64,000 bases of DNA from Octopus sinensis (GCF_006345805.1 NC_042998.1:128340001-128404000), one strand, 5' to 3'. Counted from the first letter of the stretch, positions 26,050-39,034 are shown. A program made the numbers and translations. Notes: generated by a model from the sequence alone, not told the origin.

Positions 26050-29000
26050 GCACAACAGCTTCCACAAGGACATGTGTTACATCAAAAATTCTTGGTTGGG
26101 GATGCAAATCCTCTCATTCACGTACGACATAATGCGGCAGCAGCATAGAATTGAAGCGTCCATCTCTTTCTTCTCTCAATGTAGAATGAGGAAAATTGGA
26201 TGTTGAGGTAATGTAAATAAATAAATACATATATAGAGGTGAAGATGGAGGGGCGAGAGTTCGGGACGAGGGATAAAAAATGTATAAAAAGTGTAAGTAT
26301 AGAATAATATAAAAATGTAGAGGATAAAGATATAAAGAGTTGTAAGGAGATGTAAAGGGGGTATAAAGAAATATAAAGAAATATAAATAAATGTAAAGGC
26401 ATAGGTTATAAAGTAAAAATAGAAATAGAAATAAAAGTAAAAAAAACTGATAAAACCATGATAAAAGTGTAAAAGAATGTAAAGATAAGGGATGTATAGA
26501 GGTTACGTACGGACAAGCATGGTGGTCAGGAGATTGATAAAATTTAGTTGTAGAATTGTCAGTAAATCAACAGTTTCGTCTGGGGACTTAATGCGTTGTA
26601 AATCAGAGCTGATGAGCATTTAATTCTGGTTCCTTGAATTAAATGGACTTCTAGTACATACATATCATCATGGATACATACACCCACATACACGCGTACA
26701 TATACGCCTCCAAGCCTATAAGCATACACACGCACTCGCGGTAAACACGTACATAAACACACGCACCCACACGCACGCGCGTACACACACATACATACAA
26801 CAGAATATCCGCATATATACACGGACATTACGCGCGTACACGCTCACATGTATATACGCGCGCCCATTACTACATACACACACGTATATGCCCACGCCTC
26901 TAGGTCCAGGTATAAGATATTAAAGGATGTGTATAAGAACGTAAGTAAGAATCCCGTACTCATGTCAACATGCGCACGCACACACGGCTGTGTGTCCGTA
27001 TGTGCGTGCACATATACACTCATATACACACACACAGAGACACACGCGCACAGGGTATAGCTATAAGATATCGAAGTATGCATGTACATATATGCGCGTG
27101 CATATGTATGTGTACACATAACACGTACGCGGACGCTCGTATATTCAAAAGGTGGATCCATAGGTAAGTAAATAAACATATATAGAGGTGTAAAGCGATA
27201 AGTTAGGGGTAAGAATGAGGGTAAGGGTAAAGATTAGAAATAAAAAATACAGTATAAAATAAGAAATACAATGTAATAGTTAGAAATGAAGTATAAGAAT
27301 TATAAAAATTATAAGAGTTAAGGTAAGGATGAAAATGAAAATGAGAAATGGAGTAGAATAAAATAAATAAAATTAAAAATAAAAATAAATGGAGTAGGAT
27401 AAAAGTAAAAATAAAAGTAAAAATAAAATAAAATAAAATAAAATAGAAAAATAAGATAAAATAAAATAAAATAAAATAAAATAAAATAAATAAAATAAAT
27501 AAAATAAAATAAAATAAGATAAAATAAAATAAGATAAAATAAAATAAAATAAATGAATAAAATAAAAAAAGATAAAATATAATTTTGTAAGTTTAACATG
27601 AGATGAAGGTGGTTGAAAGTTAGAGGTGTGTGTTAAACGTAGGGGCGGGCGGGGGGGAACTGAAAATTGGAAGGGTGGGAAGTGGAGTTTGGCGGTGTGC
27701 GTTCAACATCTGAGTTAGAAATGTGAAAGGGTATAGATGTAGGGAATTAAAGAGACTACATAGGGAGGATATGGGTGTAGGAGAAGAAATATTTAGGGAA
27801 AAGAAGTCATATATGGGAGACAAAATTTGTATATATAGGGGGAAAATGCAGGGAACCGTATATGCACATACACACACACCCCCACACACACACACGCACA
27901 TGTATATATATATGTAGTGTACACATACGTACACGTATGTGCACATACATACGCACACACACACCACACACACACACACACATACACACGCACATATAGG
28001 AAAGCGGGATGTGCTGGAGCCGACAGGTTGCACCGGGTGGGAGGAAATTGCATGGGGGAGTTGGTATAAGACCTAAGCATTGTAGTATTTGAAAGTATTA
28101 ATAAGTTTATGTATACAGGATGGTTTGAACTCTGACCTTTTGTTAATAAGATTGTGTTTGTCTTTGAATTTCAAGATGTTCAGGAGTTCTATACAGCATA
28201 GTTGGCATCCTGCTCTATTATTTAAATAAGGTGCAGCTGATCCGATGATGGACCATCTGAGTTTGAAGTCTATGCATTTGTCTTTTAATTCCCAAATTCT
28301 TTTAGAGAGGGAGGTGCTGTTAGCCTTATGTCTGTGTCTCAGCGAGGACCGGTGGTTGTAGTATCTGGATTTCCAGGAGGTTGAGCAACCAATATAGGTG
28401 AGTGTGTTAAACCGAGTACTCACCTCACATGAGTATATTACGTTTTCGCCCTACATGCGCCCTGCAGCGGGCACTCTGATGCACATCTGCAGTTGCATTG
28501 CATTGCATTATTCGGTCGTGTGCTGCTAATCCAGGCGGAGGTGTTGCAATACGAGTGGGGGCGTTGGTATCCTCCTGGTTGTTGATGGGTGTAGTATTTC
28601 CTCTGTTGTGTTGGCGGGTGTTATTACTAACTGTTTGGGTAGTATGGCTGCCAGTCTGGTTATATTGTCTACTGTCTAGATGAGGGGGTTCTGTTGGTCG
28701 CTATGGTTTGCTCTTGATCTAGCTGTTCTAATATTAATATAGTTATGTTTAGCTATGAGGCAGCTCATGTTGGGCAGGGTAGAGTAGGAAATCCTAATAG
28801 TTTTGTTGGAGAAGATACTTCTATACTTGTGGGTGGGTGGGAAGTTGTTGGAAATTATAGAGAATATTCTCTTACATAACTTACCCTTAACTGCTAAGTT
28901 GAAAGGTATGTTGAACCATATATATTTGCGTAATCTACTATTATCCCTTCTATTTCTCCTAATAGGATCTATATTGCTCTCGTCGGGAGGGTTACTATTG

Positions 29001-30620
29001 TGTGCTGTTCTATTAGTTCGCCTATTTCCTATACGTTGTTTGGAGTTTAAATTAGAATTATCGCTAGTGTGAGTTGAGTGCTGAGTTCGATTATAATGGG
29101 AGTCTTATGGCCGACGGACGCTCCCGGGTGGTCTACATATGATATTCTCTGTTATACCCGCACTATAGAGAGCCTGGTTGTAGTGTTGTGCATGATTATT
29201 GAAAATTTCTCTATTAGAGGATAGTTTTGTCAGTCTGTCTGAGATGGCTTGGATCGTGGTGCTAATTATACAGGGTGGATGGTTGGAAGAGGTATGGATG
29301 TATTTGGTAGTTTCTTCTTCTGGTTTCCTATACGGGTAGTGAAGGTGCTTATTCAAATCTAACGTAACATCTAAGAAGTTTACTATTTTAGTATTGGTCA
29401 AAATTCTAGTTTAAGATTGAAGGATTTGAAAAAAAGCCTGATCTTTTTCCTAATTCTTTCTAGTTTACTCCTATTGTTGGTGGGGTATATGAAGGAGCGT
29501 CGTCTCTGTATAGACCCCCCTGAAGATCCGGTACCTCGGAGAAAAGCTTCTTGAGCAGGTAGGCCCCGACCAGTCAGTCACCTGAGCTGAATCGCTCGAG
29601 CCCATAGCCACATTCGAAATTGTCGGGGGTATCGGATCTGGTCCAGAGTCCTACTGTCGAATTCTATTAGGGTTTTTCTAGCTAATAGAATTATGTCAAT
29701 TTTTTCTCTGTCTATGAGTGAAAGGTTGCGGGCAAAAATAAGGGATTTGTTAAGTTATCTTATACCTGGACCTAGAGGCGTGGGCATATACGTGGTGGTA
29801 GCAGTGATGGGCGCGCGTATTACATATGAGCGTGTACGCGCGTAATGTCCGTGTATATATGCGGATATTCTGTTGTATGTATGTGTGTGTACGCGCGTGC
29901 GTGTGGGTGCGTGTGTGTTTATGTACGTGTTTACGCGCGAGTGCGTGTGTATGCTTATAGGCTTGGAGGCGTATATGTACGCGTGTATGTGGGTGTATGT
30001 ATCCATGATGATATGTATGTACTAGAAGTCCATTTAATTCAAGGAACCAGATTAAATGCTCATCAGCTCTGATTTACAACGCATTAAGTCCCCAGACGAA
30101 ACTGTTGATTTACTGTCAATTCTACAACTAAATTTTATCAATCTCCTGACCACATGCTTGGTCCGTAACCTCTATACATCCCTTATCTTTACATTCTTTT
30201 ACACTTTTATCATGGTTTTATCAGGTTTTTTTACTTTTATTCTATTTCTATTTTTACTTTATAACCTTATGCCTTTACATTTATTTATATTTCTTTATAT
30301 TTCTTTATACCCCCTTTACATCTCCTTACAACTCTTTATATCTTTATCCTCTACATTTTTATATTATTCTATACTTACACTTTTATACATTTTTTATCCC
30401 TCGTCCCGAACTCTCGCCCCTCCATCTTCACCTCTATATATGTATTTATTTATTTACATTACCTCAACATCCAATTTTCCTCATTCTACATTGAGAGAAG
30501 AAAGAGATGGACGCTTCAATTCTATGCTGCTGCCGCATTATGTCGTACGTGAATGAGAGGATTTGCATCCCCAACCAAGAATTTTTGATGTAACACATGT
30601 CCTTGTGGAAGCTGTTGTGC

Positions 30621-30698
30621 GCGGCTGAAGAAGGCCACAGACATACATTATGCATTGTTATAAATCTGTCTAATAAAGGCCCGAAACATATGTACCGC
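30621..30698 (+). ncRNA. Type I hammerhead ribozyme motif in the inverted pLTR
   Basis: GCGG-CTGAAGA-AGGCC.ACAGA...TCTGT..AGGCCC-GAAAC-ATAT-GTA-CCGC, with palindromic stem III. Confidence 0.82.
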
Positions 30699-30805
30699 TG
30701 AATCCTTCGCATCATGTTTTCATTTTATTTTGATCAATTTACTCCACGACCTACACCACCAAACGGTATACACAGGTGCTTATAATTATCAAGTACTCAC
30801 CCCGA

Positions 30806-30850
<45 letters not shown>

Positions 30851-30904
30851 TATACATATATGTATATATACATATATATATATGTATATATAATATATAT
30901 ATAA

Positions 30905-30950
<46 letters not shown>

Positions 30951-31337
30951 GAAATTTGTAATTGTATCTTTAAGTGAATGTAAGATTTTTCACCGGCACT
31001 GCATGCGTAATTAGACTAAATTAACTACCTCTGTTTTCTGAGCGCAAAGAATTTGTATAAAGACAGTTGTTTATTGTTGTTCGGTGTATTTAATTTAGTT
31101 TAATTATACAGTATCAGCTGAGAAAACTGAGATTTACTCGAAGGTACAATTATAGCATCAAACATACAATGGCTTAGGAAGTCAATAATTAAAACATCTG
31201 AGCATGTATAGTAGAAACATGTATATGTGTATGTATGTGTGTGTGTGTGTATGTTTGGATATATGTATATACATTGATGTATACAAATTATACATATGCA
31301 TACATACATATATATATATACATATATATATATATAC

Positions 31338-31391
<54 letters not shown>

Positions 31392-31420
31392 GTAGATAGA
31401 TAGGTAGGTAGGTAGGTAGG

Positions 31421-31531
<111 letters not shown>

Positions 31532-31532
31532 G

Positions 31533-32050
31533 TTTTTAAATATGCTAGGCCACTGGTTTTAAATTGATATTAATCAAATTAATGTTCAATTTTTCACCCT
31601 TATTATTTTAAATTTTAATTTTAATACCGATGTTCTCTAACCGGCAAAATTCACTGCAGAGAATTATTTTCTACAGAAATATTTCCGGTAGTTTGGCGCG
31701 CCAAAACGAAGGCTTTTGGAAAGTGACTCCAATTGTAATTGGTAGAACTGTATACATGTTCAATCTCACACGGACGTCTCGTGTATAGTTCTTCAAATTA
31801 TATTTGCAAAGACGATCACACTGACGAGTTTGCAGATGATTACGTAAATGATTACGTAAGAATTAACAACGAAATCTGGTTTATGATTAATCTATATTTT
31901 GTATCTTTTCATTTGTCTTGCTCGCTTACGTTATGGCGTTTGCTAAATTTTCTTGTGAACTTCAGATTTTTAAATATGCTAGACTACTGATTTTAAATTG
32001 ATATTAATCAAATTAATATTCAATTTTTCATTCTTATAATTTTAAATTTA
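31533..32050 (+). repeat. ~90-bp direct repeats about 435 bp apart enclosing a decayed hammerhead motif
   Basis: TTTTTAAATATGCTAG..TTTTAAATTGATATTAATCAAATTAAT.TTCAATTTTTCA occurs at about 31533 and 31966. ATCACA-CTGACGA-GTT...AAC-GAAA-TCTG-GTT-TATGAT occurs at 31815-31887. Confidence 0.7.
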
Positions 32051-32139
32051 TATTTATATGTGTGTGCGTATGTATGTATTTATGTATGTATGTATGTATT
32101 TATGTATGTATATATGTATGTATGTTTTCTTTTTTTTCT

Positions 32140-32508
32140 TTTTTACTTGTTTCAGTCATTTGACTACGGCCATGCTGGAGCACCACCTTTTAGTCGAGCA
32201 AATAGTTCCCAGGTCTTATTCTTTGTAAGCCTAGTACTTATTCTATCGGTCTCTTTTGCCGCTAAGTAACGGGGACGTAAACATGCCAGCATCGGTTGTC
32301 AAGCGATGCTGGGGGGACAAACACAGACACACAAACACACACACATATATATACATATATATATACGACAGGCTTCTTTCAATTTCCGTCTACCAAATCC
32401 ACTCACAAGGCTTTGGTCGGCCCTTTCCCAAGATGCCACGCAGTGGGACTGAACCCGGAACCGTGTGGTTGGTAAGCAGGCTACTTACCATACAGCCACC
32501 CTGCGCCT
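32140..32508 (-). mobile_element. Third tRNA-derived SINE family
   Basis: Minus-strand head GGCGCAGGGTGGCTGTATGGTAAG...GGTTCAGTCCC (A/B boxes), with an internal (TA/TG)n tract. Confidence 0.75.
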
Positions 32509-32519
32509 ATATGTATGTA

Positions 32520-32567
<48 letters not shown>

Positions 32568-33666
32568 TGTATGTATGTATGTATGTATGTATGTGTGTAT
32601 GTATGTATGTATGTATGTATGTATGATGGTTTGTATGTGTGTATGTATGTATGTATGTATATCTGTGTGTGCACGTGTATGCATGTGTTCACATAATTTT
32701 AATGCCCACTCCAACCTCCACACATCCACTCATTCTTCACACACACACAACGAGTACATACACACAGACACATAGGTGCACCAACACTCCACGCCTTCAT
32801 TAACTCATGCCAGTATTCTTCCGTATTTGTACAACCCCTATACATATACGCACATGCCAAAAACCCACACAATTATAACAAATCTCCTTATGTCTGTCCC
32901 AAAACATGGATACACTGCTACGCGTACATACACACAGCTTCACTTCCTGCTTTCTCCTTAACTCCTCTAATAGAGCTACATTCTCACCAAGCCGCTAAAC
33001 CCCCGTTCATTTTCTTCTTTTTTTTTCCTTTTTCTCAACCTCTTTTCCCCTTCCACATTCTTCCTATACTTTTCCACTATACATTTTTGTGATGAAGGTC
33101 TTTGCGTCAGAAACGTTAAGTGTTAAACTGGTAGAATATTTGTTAAAACTTGTGTCTCGTGTGTTGTCTTTTTTTTTTAATTATTATTGTGTGTATCGAA
33201 ATTTCAAAAATTCTTGTGTATGTATCAAAATTTCAAACAATACTAAGCAAACAAAAATATTCATGTTAGATACAAAAGAGAAACCAGCGTCAAAACTAAT
33301 TTTCATAAGGCGTCATTTCAATTACAGACCACATGTATTCATAAAAACCATCAGTATATTTCCCCAAAATATAAATACGCAACACACACGCACGCGCGCG
33401 AGTGAGCGCACACACACACACACAAACACACACTCACACTCGCACGCGCGCGAGCGCACGTACACAGATACACACACATACACATGCACATATACTCACA
33501 TACATATGTATGTATGCATATGTATGGGCATTTACAATATATGTGTCTGTGTATATATATATGTATATATATATATATATAAATATATATATTTATATAT
33601 ATTTATATCTATACATATATATATATATATATATAATATATATATACATACATATATATTTAGATT

Positions 33667-33699
<33 letters not shown>

Positions 33700-33731
33700 A
33701 TTTACATATATGTTATATTTATACATTATAC

Positions 33732-33792
<61 letters not shown>

Positions 33793-34204
33793 TTATAGTA
33801 AATGCTCAGACAAGTAATCTCTTATTACCGAATCATATCTCAGAAGAGATATATATATATACATTATTCAAGAAAACCTAGCATTATCATTACAGCCTAC
33901 AGTAGGCCTGTATACATCAAACAATAATTTGTCTCCAGTACAAATTATCGACAACAGCATTTTTCAGCTTCTTTTCTGTTAATGTCATTACGTTGTTGAT
34001 ATCTCTGCTGTTGTTTAGCCTCCAGATCAGCCCTAATCAAGCTTTAAAGCTATGCGGTGGGTTGAAAGAGTCGTTAATGCAGAGAACAAAATACCAAAAT
34101 ACGTTGCAGTATTTGTTCCGGTTCTCTTCACTCTGAGTTCAAATACTGCTGAGATCAACTTTGCTATTGAAGGTAAATATAATTAAGTGTATCAGCAGAA
34201 TTGT

Positions 34205-34870
34205 TACGAGGGTGGGCTGAAAGGTTCATAGGCTGACTATGAAGGAGTGATGCTAGAGCAGAGAAATTTTGTATGCGTTAATTTCAACCCTTCTTATTAA
34301 TAACTGCGTTGCTTCTTTCCTGATGATCTGACTGTCTAAAAGAAGACTTTGAAAGTAACTAGAAGTAACAACAGACATGACGTCATCATCACTGCGACAC
34401 TGGTTCCCAGCCAAGAGGTTTTTCATGTTGGGCCACAGTTGATAATCAGATAGGGTCAAATCAGGAGAATAGGGAGTGTGATCAACCAGTTCAAAGCCAC
34501 AGTCATGCACATCAGCCATTGAAACCAAGGATTTGTATAGAGTATTGGTTTGATGAAACAAGACTCCTTTATCAGTTTCTCTGGAAGCTTGGTCTTGATA
34601 GCCTTTCATAACTGCTTCTTTGATGGTGTAGCCTTTTTGAAGATCGTCAATAAACATAATGCCTTTTGCATCCCCAAAACCTGAGGCCATTAGCTAGCCT
34701 GCAGATGGAACGATTTCCATTGCATGGATTATCTTTTTGTCTCTGGCTCAAACTGATGAAGCCAACACAGATCCTGGGTCAGGAAACGTTCAAAGAAAAC
34801 CATCTGGATCTGCCTAAATGTCAGATTTTCCAACAAAGCAGTGCTCCTTTTAGACAATACACCAAGACAC
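34205..34870 (-). mobile_element. Decayed mariner transposase 3' half with one TIR
   Basis: DAKGIMFIDDLQKGYTI, VLFHQTN, VDHTPYSPDLTLSDY (YSPDL motif). TIR TA|CGAGGGTGGGCTGAAAGGTTC resembles the 11745 element. Confidence 0.85.
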
Positions 34871-34884
34871 CCAGGGAATTTAAA

Positions 34885-34990
34885 TAACATATCTTCTAAA
34901 TTACAACCTCTTTGTTTCAGCCAATGGATCGAAGTGTGATTGCTAACTTCAAAGCATATTGTCTGATAAGAACTTTCAAACAACTTATGA
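34885..34990 (+). mobile_element. pogo/Tigger transposase fragment
   Basis: Translates QPMDRSVIANFKAYCLIRTFKQL, matching the QPMDQGVI..FK..Y motif. Confidence 0.7.
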
Positions 34991-35099
34991 AAGCGAAGCG
35001 TATAGGTTAAGGATTGAAACGCTTGTGACCCTGATATATCTCCGAAAGAAATGGAGCAGTTTACAATATTACGATTTTAGTCACCATCAAAAGAAATTT

Positions 35100-35820
35100 A
35101 ATGTCTTTAAGTAGCCTCTACAGCTTCTGCAAGAAGACAAAGCATTTCCAATGTTTATTTCTCCGGCAGATATGAATGAACCTTTCTGGAGCTCATTCAG
35201 AAGACAGAGCACCTTCTACCTTGAGAACCCTCTCACTTTGGTGTGAAAAATGTAAGAGTCTGTACCGCGAATCTATGTCAATACAAACTGAACAAACGAA
35301 TCTTTAATGGGCTGCTTTTAATATAATTAACTGTTTTGACAACTTCATCTAAAACATGTTTTAATTCAACTCCAATGTTTTTGCAACCAACGCCTCGTTG
35401 CACAAAGCACCGAGTTATAACGACATCCGGGTTTTGCTCTTTTACAAACCTTTTTATACAGCCTAGCAACTTGCACAGTACAATTCGAATGCTTAACAGG
35501 GCATACATTTTCCTCGATGTTAGCCGATAATTCTAAAATGCATCTACGAACTATATCGTTTGATAGTTCTTTTTTATTTTATTATTATTATTATTATTAT
35601 TCATTTCTTAACATTATCAACAATCTTTCTGCAAGCAGGCAAAATAATTGACTTCGCGAAAGTATGACACTTCATTTTTAGCAGATTGTTTTTCCTGAGA
35701 ATTAATGTGAGCCTTTTCAGAAACATTTTAAAAATACTTTGTCATTTTGTTTTGTTTTTCAGAGAATCTTTTAAAATAGTTTTAATCTTTATCTTGAAGA
35801 TAGAGATGCTTAATTTTCAA
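35100..35820 (-). mobile_element. Decayed hAT (Buster/Charlie-type) transposase fragment
   Basis: VKEQNPDVVITRCFVQR..ELKHVLDEVVKTVNYIKSSPLKIRLF..FHTKVR. Confidence 0.8.
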
Positions 35821-36499
35821 ATGCTATATAAAAATACGCCACATGTGCTTTTGTAAATAAGGTGGACGGGTGTCTTTGTATCCATGTGAGTCAACGTATA
35901 TATGTAAGCAAATGTACGTATAGAGCCGAAACGGAAGCTGATGCAGTGGCGTCGCAAATATTTGTAATATATCATAATAATGTGCATGTTGCAATTTACA
36001 ACAAATTATTTGAACACTCACATTTTAAAAGACAATATCAGTTCCATTTGTAAATAGTTTTGACGACACGATTATACACATATAAATATGTGCATGTGTG
36101 TGTATGGATGGATGGATGGATGGATGGGTGGATGGGTGTGTGTATGTATGTATGTATGTATTACGTGCGTATATGTTTGCGCGCACGCATGTAGGCAATG
36201 AGAATCTGTTATTGAAAATACAAATCTAAGAGAAATGTATTCAATACGTGCAGTCGAGTTAATGTTAATGACAGCGAAAGGATCGAGTTCTCATACTAAC
36301 GTAAAAATGGACATTCGATGGTTTTTTTACCAAGTCAATCAACATAGACTAAAATGAATTTCCTTGCTTGTAGAATAACATTAATTTAAAGATCAACAAC
36401 CACTGGGCCATTGCGCCTCCACAACTGTTTATATTATTCTCCTTATAATAACAATTTATTTATATCCGTTGTTGTTTCTACACTGTTACAAGTTTCAGC

Positions 36500-37500
36500 A
36501 TTTAACAAAAATATCTAGCGGCATTTGTTCCAGCTCTTTACGTTCAGCGTTCAAATAACACCCAGGTCAATTTTGCCATTATCTTTTCGAATTCAATAAA
36601 ATAGGTACCGGTCAAGTACTGGGGTCGATGTAATCGACTTCCTCGTTCTTTCAAAAACTGCTGGCCCTGTACCAAAATTTGAAGCCATTATTTTTTCTTT
36701 CTTTCTTTCCTTTTATATTATATATTCCGTCCATCTTTACGTTCCGAGTTCTAATTCCGCCGAGATCGACTTTGCATTTCATCTTTCGTGTTAGATGAAA
36801 TAAATGCCAGTTAAGCACTGAGGTCGATATAATCAACTAGCCTCCTCCTCCATAATTTCAGGCCTTGTGCCTTTAGTAGAAAAGATTATTATCATCATCA
36901 TCATCATCACCATAAAAGCGACGAGTTAGCTGAACCGTTAAGCGATAATGCTTAGCAACATTTCGTCCGTCTTCATGTTCTGAGTTCAAATTCCACCGAG
37001 GTCAATTTTGCCTTTCATCCTTTTGGGGTCGATAAATTGAGTACCAGTAAAATACTGGGGTCGATGTAATCGACTAATCCCCTCCCCGAAAAAATTTCAG
37101 GAGTTCTGCCTTCAGTAGAAAGGCTTATTATTAGCAGCAGCAGCCAACAGAATCGCTAGCACGCCAGGCAAAATGTTCAGCAACATTTCGTGCGTCTTTA
37201 CGATTTGAGTTCAAACTCCGCCGGGGTCGACTTTGCCTTCCATCTTTTCTGGTCGATAAAAGAAACCATTGTCGTGATTATTAGCAGAAGCAGTATCGAC
37301 AGAATTGTTACCACGCCGAGCAAAATGCTTGGCGACATTTCGTCTGTCTTTACGTTCTGGATTCAAATTCCGCCGAGGTCAACTTTGCCATTCATCCTTT
37401 CGGGGTTCGATAAGATAAATACCAGTTGAGCACTGGGAACGATGTAACTGACCTAACCACTTCCTCGAGACTACTGGCCTTGTGCCAAAATTTGAAACCA
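36500..37500 (+). mobile_element. Tandem array of about five SINE copies (2400 family)
   Basis: Repeated GTTCAAATTCCGCCGAGGTC.ACTTTGCC..TCATCC cores separated by short ATT/CAT tracts. Confidence 0.85.
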
Positions 37501-37947
37501 TTATTATTGAGAGGTAATATTTATGCCCAGTTAAACTTGGATGTTCCGTCAGAACAAGCTATACTGCGGTAGATACCATGACAGAAACTCTCCTATTGGC
37601 CTTTTTTATGGAAAATGTACTCTTGTCTATATCGCTACCTCCAGCGCCAAGATCACCAAATCACGTGACTTCGACTTTCCTTGGTCTTGTCAATAATATG
37701 CCCTCGATTGATCCCCACCTCCCCGGCGATATATAGAAAGACCTTGCCAGAACAAGTGCTGGTGTCATAATTAGCCAGTGTGAACTTATTTAAAAATATA
37801 TATTCGTAACAGAGCATTAATACCGAGAAGTAATATTTATCCCCACTTAAACGTGGAAGTTCCGTTAAAAAAAAAATACATGCAGTAGATACTATGAGAG
37901 AAACTCTCATATTGGCTTTTTTATGCAAAATGCACTCTTGTTGATTA

Positions 37948-38990
37948 TTATTACCTCCGCCTTAGCGAAAGTATGGGGTATTGTTTTCAGACGTGTTTGT
38001 TCGTTTGTTTGTCCGTTGACAAGATATCTCAAGAACCGCTGGAGGGATTCGGATGAAGCTTCCAGGGATGTTTGGCCTCGTGACTGGCACGAATTGATTA
38101 GGGTTTGGGATCGATCCGGTATCAGACAAGGATTCTGGATTATTTGTTATATTTACTTTACATGAAGTATTACGATCTTACTTTCACTTTCAAGTCTTTT
38201 TTTCCGATTATCTCCCTTAAAAAACACGCTCGTGATTTCCACGTAAGTTATGGCGGCGTTGCTGTTTCCATAGTTTTATTTTCGTTTCTCTATTGTTAGT
38301 TTTACTCGCGTCTCTATCTTAGTAGAAACTGATGGATAAATAAATCATACATAAACAAACGGCAGCGAAACCGTTCATTAGTTAAATAACACTAACATAT
38401 TCAGTAACAATAATAAATTTAATTTATCCTCAACAATTTTTAGTTTTACCAATTTGGGGTATATCTCTCCTGTTTAAAACCTTTTACCTACTGGACAATT
38501 GCATTTCTAGCTCTGCCTTGAAAGAAGCTTTACTTCTTGAACTCACGTCTTTGTGCGCAACGATGTTGTTAAACTTCCGTTAACTTCACCGTATGTAGGT
38601 CCTTTCCGTTTTCTTTCACGCACAGATAAATTTTTCACTATAGACCTTAATGGTCGTAAAGACACTATATCAGTGGATAGACTAAAAAAGGCCTTCATAG
38701 AGAAAACTGTCCCTGTTTCCACTGCAGACGACACACACACAGCATTACAAACACGACCCGCATACCCACCTTCACATTCCATGACTACCATTGGGATCGA
38801 TCAGGTACCGGACACGGATTCTGGATTATTTTTACTGAATTTTTGAGAGCGGTCGGGTTCAGTTTTAGTATTTTTGTTTGTGAGAGCAATCAAGTTTATC
38901 TCAGATATTCTCATTTTAAAAATCATCTCCGGCTAATCGTTGAGAGGATGTTGGTGTTACCTTGACGGAGGTTTGCGCTCTCTGAGTGCT

Positions 38991-38993
<3 letters not shown>
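37948..38993 (+). mobile_element. Helentron-associated non-autonomous element (HINE/DINE-1-like)
   Basis: Subterminal inverted repeat ACCTCCGCC (37953) / GACGGAGGT (38964), 3' hairpin GCGCTC-TCT-GAGTGC (38975-38989), (GTTT)-like microsatellite near the 5' end, TT-rich flanks. Confidence 0.7.
38480..38705 (+). mobile_element. Gypsy integrase C-terminal (GPY/F) fragment inside the Helentron-like element
   Basis: HVFVRNDVVKLPLTSPYVGPFRFLSRTDKFFTIDLNGRKDTISVDRLKKAF. Confidence 0.8.

Positions 38994-39031
<38 letters not shown>

Positions 39032-39034
<3 letters not shown>

Larger units (their letters stand above)
25941..30810 (-). mobile_element. Penelope-like element (Naiad-type), 5'-truncated, with ~975-bp inverted pseudo-LTRs
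   Basis: Frameshifted ORF from about 29755 to 28073: VAMGSSDSAQVTD, GLYRDD, VNFLDVTLDL, YIHTSSNHPP, WFNIPF..ISYS..HN, CNCRCASECPLQGAC, NVIY..TYIG (GIY-YIG), CQLC..E, CIH. Arms 25941-26919 and 29756-30730 are inverted. (TA)n on both flanks. Confidence 0.9.

Noticed and set aside
26609-26650. CTGATGAG followed by a 10-bp hairpin inside the pLTR
   Set aside because: The hairpin is followed by GGAC rather than GAAA, and no stem I or III is present, so it is not called a hammerhead.
28073-28510. Selenoprotein-type Naiad (in-frame UGA at zinc-finger Cys positions)
   Set aside because: The Cys codons I read in the CNC..CP..C linker and CQLC motif are TGC/TGT, so no recoded UGA is needed.
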